Assembly (NCBI GenBank): GCA_035474955.1
Contig: DATIMV010000030.1
Location: 4,207 to 68,206, forward strand
Source: Solirubrobacterales bacterium
GTDB lineage: Bacteria; Actinomycetota; Thermoleophilia; Solirubrobacterales; 70-9
Direction: 5' to 3'
DNA length: 64,000 nucleotides
Shown: in pieces, positions 43,238 to 53,095 of the stretch
How the letters are laid out: each line of letters starts with the position of its first letter
Numbering within the stretch: the stretch's first letter is position 1
The notes under the pieces: model-generated
Seen by the model: only the letters and a program-made list of their open reading frames with translations
What the model was told of the DNA's origin: nothing
Databases searched by the model: none
Position numbers and translations under genes: made by a program

Positions 43238-43708
43238 CTACGCCGAGGTCCGCTCCAGCTCCCGGGCGACAGCGTCGTGGCGGTAGTCGAAGATCGTTCG
43301 CAGGTCGCGCTGGACGAAGAGCCGGTTGGCGATCTCCCCCAGCGGCCCGAAGGGGATCGAGTAGCGGATGCGGTCGTGGATGATCGTCGCCTCCGGTCCG
43401 TCCTCCTCGAACACGTGCGTGTGCTCCCACAGCGTGTAGGGGCCTCTTACCTGGGTGTCGACGAACCCGTGGGGCCGTTCCCAGGTCTCGATCCGCGTCT
43501 GCCAGCGGATCGGGATCCGGTGCAGCTGCAACCGGTAGTCGAGCAGGGTCCCCGGTCCCATCTCGATCGGGCCGGGGGTGAGCACTTTGAAGCGCAGCCA
43601 CGGCGGCGTCAGCAGCTCGAGGTTGCCCGCGTCGCCGTAGAAGTCGAAAGCCCGCTCGACGGGGAGCTCGACCCGCTGCTGGCGTTCGAGGAGGTGGACG
43701 CGGGGCAT
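43238..43708 (-). CDS. SRPBCC-family ligand-binding protein
   Basis: ATG 43708 (MPRVHLLERQQRVELPVERAFDFYGDAGNLELLTPPWLRF...WEHTHVF) shows the SRPBCC/COG4276-type pattern. Confidence 0.75.
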   Translation of the reverse strand: MPRVHLLERQQRVELPVERAFDFYGDAGNLELLTPPWLRFKVLTPGPIEMGPGTLLDYRLQLHRIPIRWQTRIETWERPHGFVDTQVRGPYTLWEHTHVFEEDGPEATIIHDRIRYSIPFGPLGEIANRLFVQRDLRTIFDYRHDAVARELERTSA

Positions 43709-43797
43709 TCGAGGCAGCCTAGAGGGTCGTCGATCCCGTCCTGGGGCTTTCGCTCTGGGCTCCCACTCCATAAGGGTGCATTACCCGTTCCGATGTC

Positions 43798-45027
43798 ATA
43801 CTCCGCGGAGTGCCCGCGCTACGCCGCTTCGCCGGCCGCCGACGAAGTCGCGGCGACAGCCCACGGCTCTCCCTGTGCGCGATGACCGCAGCCGAGCCGT
43901 CGCAAGCGCGGGCCTTCCTCGAGCAGTGGCGCCCCCTGGCCGACGAGGTCGTCGTCGCCGTGGACGAGCGCGCTCATCCGGAGACGACGAACGAGTGCGC
44001 GCGCCTCGCCGACCGGGTCTACGTCGTGCCGGCGGCGATGGCCCACATGGAGCGCTATCTCGGGTGGCTGCACAGCCGCTGCTCCGGCGAGTGGATCCTG
44101 CGGGCCGACGACGACGAACTGCCGAGCGAGGCACTGAAGAAGGTGCTGCGGCCTCTGCTCGACGAGCGCGAGCCGACGCACTACTGGTTGCCGCGCAGCT
44201 GGATGTACCCGACGCCGGAGACGTACATAACCGAGGGGATCTGGCACCGGGACATCCAGCTGCGCCTGGTGCGCAACCTCCCCGGCCTCTGGCGCTTCTC
44301 CGGCCGTTTGCACTCGAACGTCGAGGTGGCGGGCGCCGGCCGCATCGTCGACGCGCCGCTCCTGCACCTCGCGCTTCTCGTCTCCGACCTGGAGAAGCGG
44401 CGGGCCAAGGTCGAGGCATACGAGCGTGTTGCGCCTGGACTTCGCGCGCCGTCGGGTGTGCCCCTCAACAGCGTCTTCGTCCCCGAGGAGATGGGAGTCA
44501 CCTCCCTGGACCGGTCGAGCAAGCGCGACGTCGCCGGCGCCGCCCGCTACCTGCAGGTGGCCCGCGAGCCCGGGGAGGAGCCGGCGCCAAAGGCCGGCGG
44601 TGTGCCGACCGTCGCGCTGGAGGAGATCGTGCGCTGGAACGGGGAGCGGCCGGTCTCCACCGACGCGTACCGGGTGCGGGTCACGCTCCCGCGGGGCATC
44701 AGGCCAATGCGAGCCGAGAGCGTCCAGCACGTGCAGGTCGAGGTCGCCAACCTGGGAGACGAATGGCTGCCGAGAGGACCGCGGCCGGAGCCGCCCATCC
44801 AGGTCGGCTACCGCTGGTGGCGGGAGGACGGCACGGAGATCGTGCAGCCCACGCTGCGCACCCCCTTCACGGAGACCGTCGCGCCCGGCGCGACGACGCG
44901 GTTGGCGATGGCGATCCAGGCCCCGCCGGACCACGGGCGCTTGCAGCTCCGCGTCGACGTCGTCCATGAGAACGTGCGCTGGTTCGAGTGCGAGGAGCGC
45001 CTCGAGGTCGACATCTCCCCTCCGTAT
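43798..45027. repeat. 1.23-kb direct repeat, copy B
   Basis: See copy A. Homology stops at the codon (TAT 45025-45027) that corresponds to the TAG stop in copy A. Confidence 0.85.
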
Positions 45028-45672
45028 GCCGAGGGGTTCTTCGCATCCCTCGACGAGGGTGGCCGGGCGTCCGCGGACGCCGTGATTCCCTGGCTCTTCG
45101 AGCATCTCGCACCGAGGAGCATCGTCGACGTCGGCTGCGGCACCGGCACGTGGTTGGGGATCGCACGGGAGAAGGGAATCGACGACGTGTTCGGCCTCGA
45201 CGGGCCATGGGTCAGTCCCGACGCTCTCGAGATACCCCCGGAGCGCTTCCTCGCGGCGGATCTCACCGTGCCACCGGAATTGGGCCGGACGTTCGACCTC
45301 GTCCTCTCGCTCGAGGTCGCAGAGCACCTGCCGCCTGCGAAAGCGGAGGGCTTCGTCGACTGTCTGACGTCCCTGGGGCCGCTGGTCGTCTTCTCGGCCG
45401 CCATCCCCGGGCAGGGCGGCATCGGTCATACGAACGAGCAGTGGCCCGAGTACTGGTCCGAGCTCTTCGCGCGCCGCGGCTACGAACCGGTCGACTGCCT
45501 GCGGGAGGTCTTCTGGGACGACGAGGGTGTCGACTGGTGGTACGCGCAGAACCTCCTTCTGTTCGCGTCCCCCGCGGCGCTCGATGCGGTCCCGAGCCTG
45601 CGCGAGCACCCGAGCCGGGGGCAGGTCCCGCGGTCACTCGTCCACCCCCGCCGACTCTCCCTGGCTCCATGA
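43810..45672 (+). CDS. GT2-like domain fused to a class I SAM-dependent methyltransferase (paralog B)
   Basis: The first 405 aa are about 80% identical to paralog A by eye. The C-terminal extension carries VDVGCGTGTW and LSLEVAEHL methyltransferase motifs. Confidence 0.7.
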   Translation: MPALRRFAGRRRSRGDSPRLSLCAMTAAEPSQARAFLEQWRPLADEVVVAVDERAHPETTNECARLADRVYVVPAAMAHMERYLGWLHSRCSGEWILRADDDELPSEALKKVLRPLLDEREPTHYWLPRSWMYPTPETYITEGIWHRDIQLRLVRNLPGLWRFSGRLHSNVEVAGAGRIVDAPLLHLALLVSDLEKRRAKVEAYERVAPGLRAPSGVPLNSVFVPEEMGVTSLDRSSKRDVAGAARYLQVAREPGEEPAPKAGGVPTVALEEIVRWNGERPVSTDAYRVRVTLPRGIRPMRAESVQHVQVEVANLGDEWLPRGPRPEPPIQVGYRWWREDGTEIVQPTLRTPFTETVAPGATTRLAMAIQAPPDHGRLQLRVDVVHENVRWFECEERLEVDISPPYAEGFFASLDEGGRASADAVIPWLFEHLAPRSIVDVGCGTGTWLGIAREKGIDDVFGLDGPWVSPDALEIPPERFLAADLTVPPELGRTFDLVLSLEVAEHLPPAKAEGFVDCLTSLGPLVVFSAAIPGQGGIGHTNEQWPEYWSELFARRGYEPVDCLREVFWDDEGVDWWYAQNLLLFASPAALDAVPSLREHPSRGQVPRSLVHPRRLSLAP

Positions 45673-46322
45673 CGATCGCGGATCGCGTCAGCGAGATGGA
45701 CACCTCGCTCTTCAGGCCGATCGAGAGTCAGACGACCGAGCCCGACCGCCAGTCGTTGCTCGCGCTTCACGCCGCGATCGCCGAGCGCGGTCCTTTCGAC
45801 TATCTCGAGATCGGGTCGCACCTCGGGGGGTCGCTGCAGGCGCTGGTGGCCGACCCGCGCTGCCGGAGCATCGTCTCGATCGACACGCGGCCTCTGTCGC
45901 AGCCCGACGACCGCGGCGACGCCGCCGCTTACCCTGACAACAGCACCGAGCGCATGCTGGAGCTGCTCTCTTCGCTCCCCGGCGCGGACCTCGCGAAGGT
46001 GGAGACGTTCGAGCGCGGCACGGACCGGCTGTCGGTCGCAGAGTTGCCGACCCGGCCGCAGTTCTGCTTCATCGACGCGGAGCACACCCGCGCCGCGGCG
46101 TTGCGCGACGCCCGCTTCTGCCTGAAAGCAGTGTCACCCGACGGCGTCATCGCCTTCCACGACAGCAACGTCGTCCTCCCGGGCATCGAAGACTTCCTCG
46201 CAGAGCTCGACCGTCCCCACCACGCGTTTCAAATGCCGGATTCGGTCTTCGTGGTCGAGCTCGGCCCGGCACGCCTGTGGGACACGTCGTACGTCCAGCA
46301 AGCTCTCGTCCCCATCGCTTGA
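45669..46322 (+). CDS. class I SAM-dependent methyltransferase (Methyltransf_24-like)
   Basis: ATGA overlap with the upstream gene. FDYLEIGSHLGGSL...FCFIDAEHT...VIAFHD pattern. Confidence 0.7.
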   Translation: MTIADRVSEMDTSLFRPIESQTTEPDRQSLLALHAAIAERGPFDYLEIGSHLGGSLQALVADPRCRSIVSIDTRPLSQPDDRGDAAAYPDNSTERMLELLSSLPGADLAKVETFERGTDRLSVAELPTRPQFCFIDAEHTRAAALRDARFCLKAVSPDGVIAFHDSNVVLPGIEDFLAELDRPHHAFQMPDSVFVVELGPARLWDTSYVQQALVPIA

Positions 46323-46363
46323 CAGTCACCCCGGCCGCCTCGACCGGTTCTTACTCGACGACA

Positions 46364-46435
46364 TGGGCACGGCTGGTTTCGAACCAGCGACCTCTCGCGT
46401 GTGAAGCGAGCGCTCTCCCACTGAGCTACGCGCCC
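46364..46435 (-). tRNA. tRNA-Val (anticodon CAC)
   Basis: The reverse complement reads GGGCGCGTAGCTCAGTGGGAGAGCGCTCGCTTCACACGCGAGAGGTCGCTGGTTCGAAACCAGCCGTGCCCA, with anticodon loop TTCACAC. CCA is not encoded. Confidence 0.9.
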
Positions 46436-46580
46436 GGGATTGGGGATTGTACGACGGCCGGAGGGGCAGGGTGTCGGTAGGGCATTTGTCCATTACTCCA
46501 CAATTTTTGGTAGGCCGGGGTATTCGGGCTCCGACCCCCTCCGGTTGGCGGGGAGACGACCACTTTGAAAGGAGCTTCGA

Positions 46581-47594
46581 ATGCGAACCTGGAAAGGAGG
46601 GATCCTGCTTGCCCTGGCGGCGGTGATGGCCTCGGGCGCGCTGGCGGTACCGGCGGGGGCGGCCACGGCGGTCTACCCACCGGGCGGCGGTCAGTTCAGC
46701 GGCGGGCCCGAAGGCTGGGAAGTGACCAGCGCGGAGTGCAACGTCCCCGCTCTCTGCACGGCGAGTGGAGGCTATGACGGGGCCGACGGGGTGCCGGCCG
46801 GCTCGTTGGGGGCCGACACCAACATCAGCCTCAACCTGCTCACGCTCTTCCGGTCGGCCGTGACTCTGCAGTCCCCCGACTTCAGGGCCTCCACCGGAGG
46901 CGCCGCGACCCTTCACCTGGAGCGACGCTTCTCGCAGGGTTCGCTGGTGGACCTGGCGCCCCAGCTCGACTACCGCGTCCAGCTCGTCGACCGGACCAGC
47001 GGCAAGCGCTCGAGCTTGATCACCGAGACCCTCGACGGCGCCTCGGGCTGGAGCGGCGAAGACGGGGCGGCGACCCTGAAAGCAGGCCACACCTACGCGC
47101 TTGCCATCACCGCCGAGACCTCCTCGAACGTGGCAGGAGCCGGTCTCCTCTCCGGTACGACCAGCGCCCGCTTCGACAACGTCGCGCTCACCGTCGGCAG
47201 CGGTGGGGCGGGCGGAAAAGGCGATGCCAACGGTAAAGGCGGAAGCGGTACCGACGGCACGATCGCGGCCCGTGTCGCGGCGCTCGCCCCGGCGACCCTT
47301 GCCGGGCCGGTCCAGATGAAAGGCAAGCGCCTCTTCGTCAAGGCGCGCTGCCCGAAGAGGATCGGCCGCAACTGCCGGATCTCGGTCCTCGGGCTGTTGA
47401 AGAAGGGCAAGCCGGCGACTGCGAACCGCACGGTCAAGGTCGCCAAGGGCAAGACCAAGCGCCTCGTCCTCAGGGTCAAGCCGCGGGCGAAAGGCAAGGT
47501 CGTGAACCGCAAGCGCCTCCTCTTCAAGGTGCGGGTGCGGGCCGGGAAGGCCAACGCGACCGCGTTCAAGCGGCTGAAGCTGATTCGCCGCTAG
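46581..47594 (+). CDS. secreted protein, function unknown, with Lys/Arg-rich C-terminal region
   Basis: RBS AAAGGAG. Signal peptide MRTWKGGILLALAAVMASGALAVPAGA. No recognisable domain. The 3' end overlaps the convergent antiporter gene by 29 bp. Confidence 0.6.
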   Translation: MRTWKGGILLALAAVMASGALAVPAGAATAVYPPGGGQFSGGPEGWEVTSAECNVPALCTASGGYDGADGVPAGSLGADTNISLNLLTLFRSAVTLQSPDFRASTGGAATLHLERRFSQGSLVDLAPQLDYRVQLVDRTSGKRSSLITETLDGASGWSGEDGAATLKAGHTYALAITAETSSNVAGAGLLSGTTSARFDNVALTVGSGGAGGKGDANGKGGSGTDGTIAARVAALAPATLAGPVQMKGKRLFVKARCPKRIGRNCRISVLGLLKKGKPATANRTVKVAKGKTKRLVLRVKPRAKGKVVNRKRLLFKVRVRAGKANATAFKRLKLIRR

Positions 47595-48753
47595 GGCGCT
47601 CCTGCCGCAAGGCCATGCCGACGAACGGATAGATCAAGGTGGACAGCATCGCCGCCCCCACCAGGCCGGCGGCGGTGCTGCTCTTCATGTGTCCCTGCTC
47701 GACGGCGATCGTCGTGATCGCCACCACCAGGGGCAGCTCGGTGGCCGAGTAGAAGGCGAGCGCGGCGCGTTCGCGTGCGCTGAGCAGGCCTCGGTAGAGG
47801 AGCATCGCCGGCGCCCCGCGCACGATCAGGAAGAGGGCGAAGAAGAGGAAGAGCTTGGCGATCGCTTCCGCGGAGCCGAGCGCGGCGAGGTCGAACTCGA
47901 TCCCGCTGGCGACGAAGAAGAAGGGGACGAAGAAGCCGAAGCCGACCGCGGTCAGCTTCGACTCGAACACCTGCAGCTCCTGTCCCCTGAGCGCGAGGCG
48001 GGTGATCATTCCGGCGACGAAGCCGCCGAGGAGGATGTCGAGCCCGAGCTCCCCGGCGAGCAGGACGAGGCCGAAGACGAGGACCACCGTCACCCGCACC
48101 GCCAGCTGGCTGCTCGCCTCGAAGGTCCGTTCGAGCGCCGGCCAGCCGCGCCAGGCGAAGCGGACCGAGGCCAGGGCGAGGACAAGTGCGAGGGCGACGA
48201 AGGCGAGCAGGATCACCGCCTCGTGCAGCGGGTTGGTGGTGGAGAGGACCAGCGTCACCAGCAGGATCGGACCGAACTCGCCGGCGGCTCCGGCGGCCAG
48301 CAGGTAGGTGCCGAAGCGGGTCTTCAGCTCGCCGTTGTCGCGCAGGATCGGGATCAGGGTCCCGATCGCCGTCGTCGCCATCGCCGAGCCGGTGTAGAGG
48401 AAGGAGACGACGACGCCGGCGGCCGCGAGCGCCCCGCCGATTCCGTAGGCGAGGCCGACCGAGACGAACCAGCCCAGCGCCCCGAGCTTCATCGGCGCCC
48501 CTTTGATCCGCTCGAAGTCGATCTCGTAGCCGGCGAAGAAGAAGAGCATCCCGAGGCCGAGGTTGGCGAAGAAGTCGACGAAGTCGCTCGACTCCGCGAG
48601 GTCGAGGACTTCCGGCCCGATCACGATTCCGAGCATGAGCTCGAGCACGACCACGGGGGGGGCCAAGCGCTTCGGCAGGTAGGCGACGGTGATCGCAGCG
48701 AGGGCGGCGACGGCGACGATCGCGAAGAACGAGTCCGTGTCGACCGTGATCAC
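47566..48753 (-). CDS. cation:proton antiporter (CPA1/CPA2, Na+/H+ exchanger family)
   Basis: 395 aa with about 11-12 TM segments. Typical N-terminus (LPKRLAPPVVVLELMLGIVIGPEVL). GTG start. Confidence 0.8.
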   Translation of the reverse strand: MITVDTDSFFAIVAVAALAAITVAYLPKRLAPPVVVLELMLGIVIGPEVLDLAESSDFVDFFANLGLGMLFFFAGYEIDFERIKGAPMKLGALGWFVSVGLAYGIGGALAAAGVVVSFLYTGSAMATTAIGTLIPILRDNGELKTRFGTYLLAAGAAGEFGPILLVTLVLSTTNPLHEAVILLAFVALALVLALASVRFAWRGWPALERTFEASSQLAVRVTVVLVFGLVLLAGELGLDILLGGFVAGMITRLALRGQELQVFESKLTAVGFGFFVPFFFVASGIEFDLAALGSAEAIAKLFLFFALFLIVRGAPAMLLYRGLLSARERAALAFYSATELPLVVAITTIAVEQGHMKSSTAAGLVGAAMLSTLIYPFVGMALRQERPSGESASAA

Positions 48754-48784
48754 GGGCGTGATCCTATGTCTGGCCGGCTAAGAT

Positions 48785-49065
48785 CAGCGGTGGACCGTGC
48801 TAGGCGGGGAATTAGCGGTGCCCTGTAACCCGCAATCCGCTTTAGCGGGGCCGACTACCGTTCCGAGGGACTGGCCGTCGGGGTCAGTGCGTCGCGGCGG
48901 GCGTTGACGGCCGGGTCCTGCGCGACGTGGGCACGCGAATCAGGTCAGGTCCGGAAGGAAGCAGCCTTAAGCGGATGCCGCGGGTGCCGCAGGAGAGCCC
49001 GACCCGAGCCTCAAGCGACGGACACGCCCGGTGACCTCGTTTCAAAGAACGGGTGCACGGTCCAT
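48785..49065 (+). ncRNA. ffs: signal recognition particle RNA, long (Bacillus-type, Alu-domain-containing) form
   Basis: Domain IV core GTCAGGTCCGGAAGGAAGCAGCC. 5' Alu-domain motifs GTGCTAGGCGGGG and AGCGGTGCCCTGTAACCCGCAATCCGC. Terminal helix GGACCGTGC (48792-48800) pairs with GCACGGTCC (49055-49063). Ends are approximate to about 5 nt. Confidence 0.85.
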
Positions 49066-49078
49066 ATTTCGCTGGTGA

Positions 49079-49893
49079 TCAGTCGATCAGGCGCTTGCGC
49101 ATCTGGTGGATCGCGATCCGCCAGGTGACGAAGGCGAAGGCGACGAGGAAGGCGAAGCGCAGCAGGTCCTCCGCCTCGAAGCCGAAGGCGGCGCCGCGGA
49201 CCAGTTCGACCAGCTGGTGCAGCGGGTTGAACTGCGCCGCCACCTGCACGCCCTCGGGCAGCCCGTCGATCGGGAAGAAGGTGCCGGCGACGAGGAAGAG
49301 CGGGGTGATGAAGAGCGCGGTCACGTAGTTGAACTGGTCGATCTTGGCGACCGTCGCCGCCATCGCCACGCCGAAGCCGGAGAAACCGAGGGCGGTGAAG
49401 AAGCAGAAGATCGGCACCAGCAGCATCCCCGGCTCGGGGTCGAGTCCGAAGCCGATCGTCACCAGCAGGGGCACGCAGCCGTAGGTGCCGGAGCGGATCG
49501 CGATCCAGAGCATCTCGGCGGTGACCAGCTCCTCGACGTCGACCGGCGCGGCGAGGATCGCGTCGTAGGTGTTCTGGAAGCGGTGCTTGACGAAGGTGCC
49601 GAACATCGACGGCAGGGCGCTGGAGAAGATCACCGCGGTGGCGACCATGCCGGTGCCGACGAACTCGATGTAGGGGATGCCGTCGACTTCGTCGACCAGG
49701 GTGGCGCTGAGGCCGAGGCCGAAGGCAAGCATGTAGACGAGCGGTTCGAGCACGCTGGAGAAGGTCGTCCCCTTCCAGTAGGTGCGGAAGTTGGAGACCT
49801 CGCGGCTCATCACCCCGGCGATCGCCGCCCGTTCGAGCCGGCGCAGCTTGCGGGGCGCCTGCGCCGCCGGTGCGGTCTGCGCTGAGGACTCCA

Positions 49894-49894
<1 letters not shown>
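49079..49894 (-). CDS. ABC-2 type transporter permease
   Basis: ATG 49894 (MESSAQTAP...). Six TM segments in an ABC-2/NodJ/DrrB-like layout. Start shares one base with the upstream stop (TGATG). Confidence 0.8.
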
Positions 49895-50781
<887 letters not shown>

Positions 50782-50808
50782 GCGCCTGATGCTGCCAGAC
50801 TGCCGCCG

Positions 50809-51594
50809 ATGCTGGACGAGCGCTGGATCCGGTCGCTGCACGTGGAGTCGATGCGCCACGCCGATCTGCACCGCGAGCGCGACCCGCACGTCCTCTTCCA
50901 GGCCTCAACGATCGGCGCGCTGCTCGACGGCGCCTTCGAGGGCGACCTCAGCTTCGCCGAGCTTGCCGAGCACGGTGACCTCGGCCTCGGCACGCTCAAC
51001 CACCTCGACGGCGAGATGATCGCGGTCGACGGGGAGTTCTTCCGCGCCGACGTCGACGGGCGGATCGAGCGGGTGCCGCCCGAGGAGAAGACGCCTTTTG
51101 CCGTCGTCACCCGATTTGAGCCCACCGTCGAGGAGCAGCTGCCCGGCGAGGAGCGATCCCACGAGGAGCTGCTTGCACGGCTCGACCGCCTGGTTCCGGA
51201 GGGCGCTTCCTCATGCGCGGTTCGCCTTGACGGGGGCTTCAAGCTCGTCCGCGCCCGCTCGGTGCCGCGGCAGAGCCCGCCCTACCGGCCGCTGACCGAG
51301 GTCGTCGCCGACCAGCACGTCTTCGAGCTCCAGGAGGTAGAGGGGACGATGCTCGGCTTCCGCTTCCCCACCTACGTCGAGGGGATCGAGGTGCCCGGCT
51401 ACCACTTGCACTTCATCAGCGCCGACCGCAGCCGCGGCGGCCACGTTCTCGACTCGCGCTCAGCCGAGCTGCGGGTGCAAATCGATCCTTCCGACGACCT
51501 CCACATCGAGCTGCCGCCGCAGGTCGAGCTCGGCGACCCGGACCTCGCCGCCGAGACCCACGCCGCGGTCGCCGCCGTCGAGCACAGCGGCTAG
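50809..51594 (+). CDS. budA: alpha-acetolactate decarboxylase
   Basis: LFQASTIGALLDGAFEGDLSFAEL..HGDLGLGTLNHLDGEMIAVDGEFF and the C-terminal GYHLHFIS motif are typical of AlsD/BudA. The rest of the track ORF is antisense to the ABC genes. Confidence 0.85.
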   Translation: MLDERWIRSLHVESMRHADLHRERDPHVLFQASTIGALLDGAFEGDLSFAELAEHGDLGLGTLNHLDGEMIAVDGEFFRADVDGRIERVPPEEKTPFAVVTRFEPTVEEQLPGEERSHEELLARLDRLVPEGASSCAVRLDGGFKLVRARSVPRQSPPYRPLTEVVADQHVFELQEVEGTMLGFRFPTYVEGIEVPGYHLHFISADRSRGGHVLDSRSAELRVQIDPSDDLHIELPPQVELGDPDLAAETHAAVAAVEHSG

Positions 51595-53042
51595 CAGCGG
51601 CGGTAAATGACCCAGGAGTCGTTCGCGGCGACGCGCTCGAACCCGTCCGGGACCGGGAAGGAGGGGTCGGTCGGGTCGTTGGGGTCGAGGATGAAGTTGT
51701 GGATGACGAAGTCGCTGGCGGGGGCGACGAAGTAACCGCGCTCGGGTACCCCTTCCTCGGATGCGCTGATCACCTGGGTTGGCTTGATGTCGAGGCCGAA
51801 GGCGAGACGGGGGACGGCGCGGTGGTTGGGCACGGCGATCTCGCCGCAGAGCGGCTCGAAGGCGCCGGCGTCGACGAGGTCTGAGAGGTCACCCTCGATC
51901 CGGGCCTGGTTGGTGAGGTCGGTGTCGACGCGGGAGTCGAGGTCCCACTGGTTCGGCAACCAGACCAGGGACATCGCGAAGACGATCGCGGCGAAGACCT
52001 GCCAGCGGCGGCGCCAGGGATGGTCGGAGTCCAGCAGGCGCCAGCCGAGCAGGGCGAGGGCGGCGAAGATCGCCAGCACCGCCGCGGCGAGCATCGTGTA
52101 GCGGGGGAGGATCGCGAGGCCGCCGCAGGCGAGGATCGCGAAGGCGAGCAGCGCCAGCGCGGCGGCGGCGACTCCCAGGACCGAGCGTCGGCGGAGGAAG
52201 GCGAGACCGAGGACGACGCCGCCTAAGGCGCCGACCATTCCGGGCCATTGCAGGACCTCGCCGAGGCGGCGGGGGCCGTAGAGGACGAGGTCGATCGGTC
52301 CCGTCTGCCGTTCGAGCGTCTCGACCGTCTCTTTGGTCCCGGTCCACGAGTAAGTGGGACTACCGGTGGTGATCAGGTCAAACAAGACCCACAAGATCGG
52401 CCCAGCCACTGCCAGGAATCCCAACCAAGCCAGCTCGACCTTCGATCGCTCCTCCCGTAGGCGTCGTTGCTGCGGATCGAAAGCCAGATAAAGCCAGTAG
52501 ACCCCGGCGAAGAGCCAGGCCTCTGGTCTCAGCAGGCCGGCCAGGGCAAGCAGGAAGAGCACAGGCCAGCCGGCCCTGGGGCGTTTGGCCTCTACCAGGA
52601 GCGCGGCCAGGCAGAGGGCGATGTAGGGGAGGTCGATGTAGGCGCGGAGGCCGTTGGAGAGGAAGGGGGCGCGGGTGAGGACGATGAGGGCGGCGACTCC
52701 GCCGACCCAGCGGTCGAACCAGATCGCGCCGAGCCGGTAGACGAAGTAGCCGATCAGCCCCAGGGCGACGTAGGCGCCGATCATCGTCAGCGTGATCGCG
52801 CCGTCGCCCAGCGGCGTCAGCAGCGCTCCCCAGAGCTCGGTCAGCGGGTGCGGCGTCGGTGGCAGCGAGGCGCCGTGGTCGGGGCTTTCGAGGTGGGCGA
52901 TTTCGCGCCCCCAGACGAGCGCGTAGATCGTGTCGTAGTTGGGGAAGCCGACCGGGAAGAGGAGCAGCAGCACGCCACTCACCGCGGCGACCCAGGCGGC
53001 GGGCGTCAGCCAGTTGCGGGCCCCCTTCGGCACGGGCGGCAC
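51591..53042 (-). CDS. polytopic membrane protein with C-terminal soluble domain (GT-C-like, function unknown)
   Basis: 483 aa with about 10 TM segments, then an about 110-aa soluble tail. The GTG start is uncertain. Confidence 0.55.
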   Translation of the reverse strand: MPPVPKGARNWLTPAAWVAAVSGVLLLLFPVGFPNYDTIYALVWGREIAHLESPDHGASLPPTPHPLTELWGALLTPLGDGAITLTMIGAYVALGLIGYFVYRLGAIWFDRWVGGVAALIVLTRAPFLSNGLRAYIDLPYIALCLAALLVEAKRPRAGWPVLFLLALAGLLRPEAWLFAGVYWLYLAFDPQQRRLREERSKVELAWLGFLAVAGPILWVLFDLITTGSPTYSWTGTKETVETLERQTGPIDLVLYGPRRLGEVLQWPGMVGALGGVVLGLAFLRRRSVLGVAAAALALLAFAILACGGLAILPRYTMLAAAVLAIFAALALLGWRLLDSDHPWRRRWQVFAAIVFAMSLVWLPNQWDLDSRVDTDLTNQARIEGDLSDLVDAGAFEPLCGEIAVPNHRAVPRLAFGLDIKPTQVISASEEGVPERGYFVAPASDFVIHNFILDPNDPTDPSFPVPDGFERVAANDSWVIYRRC

Positions 53043-53095
53043 GGTATCGGGGTGGCTCCCGGGACGGCGGGTGGCCGTGGATACACTGGCTCTAA

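Noticed and set aside
42009-46435. The GT/MT cluster as a tRNA-Val-integrated genomic island.
   Set aside because: Composition looks native (high GC). There is no integrase, no recognisable att duplication of the tRNA 3' end and no mobility genes. Adjacency to the tRNA alone is insufficient.
46326-47090. 254-aa minus-strand ORF spanning tRNA-Val and the secreted-protein gene.
   Set aside because: It overlaps a confidently folded tRNA and is antisense to a gene with a signal peptide and RBS. The sequence is not protein-like.
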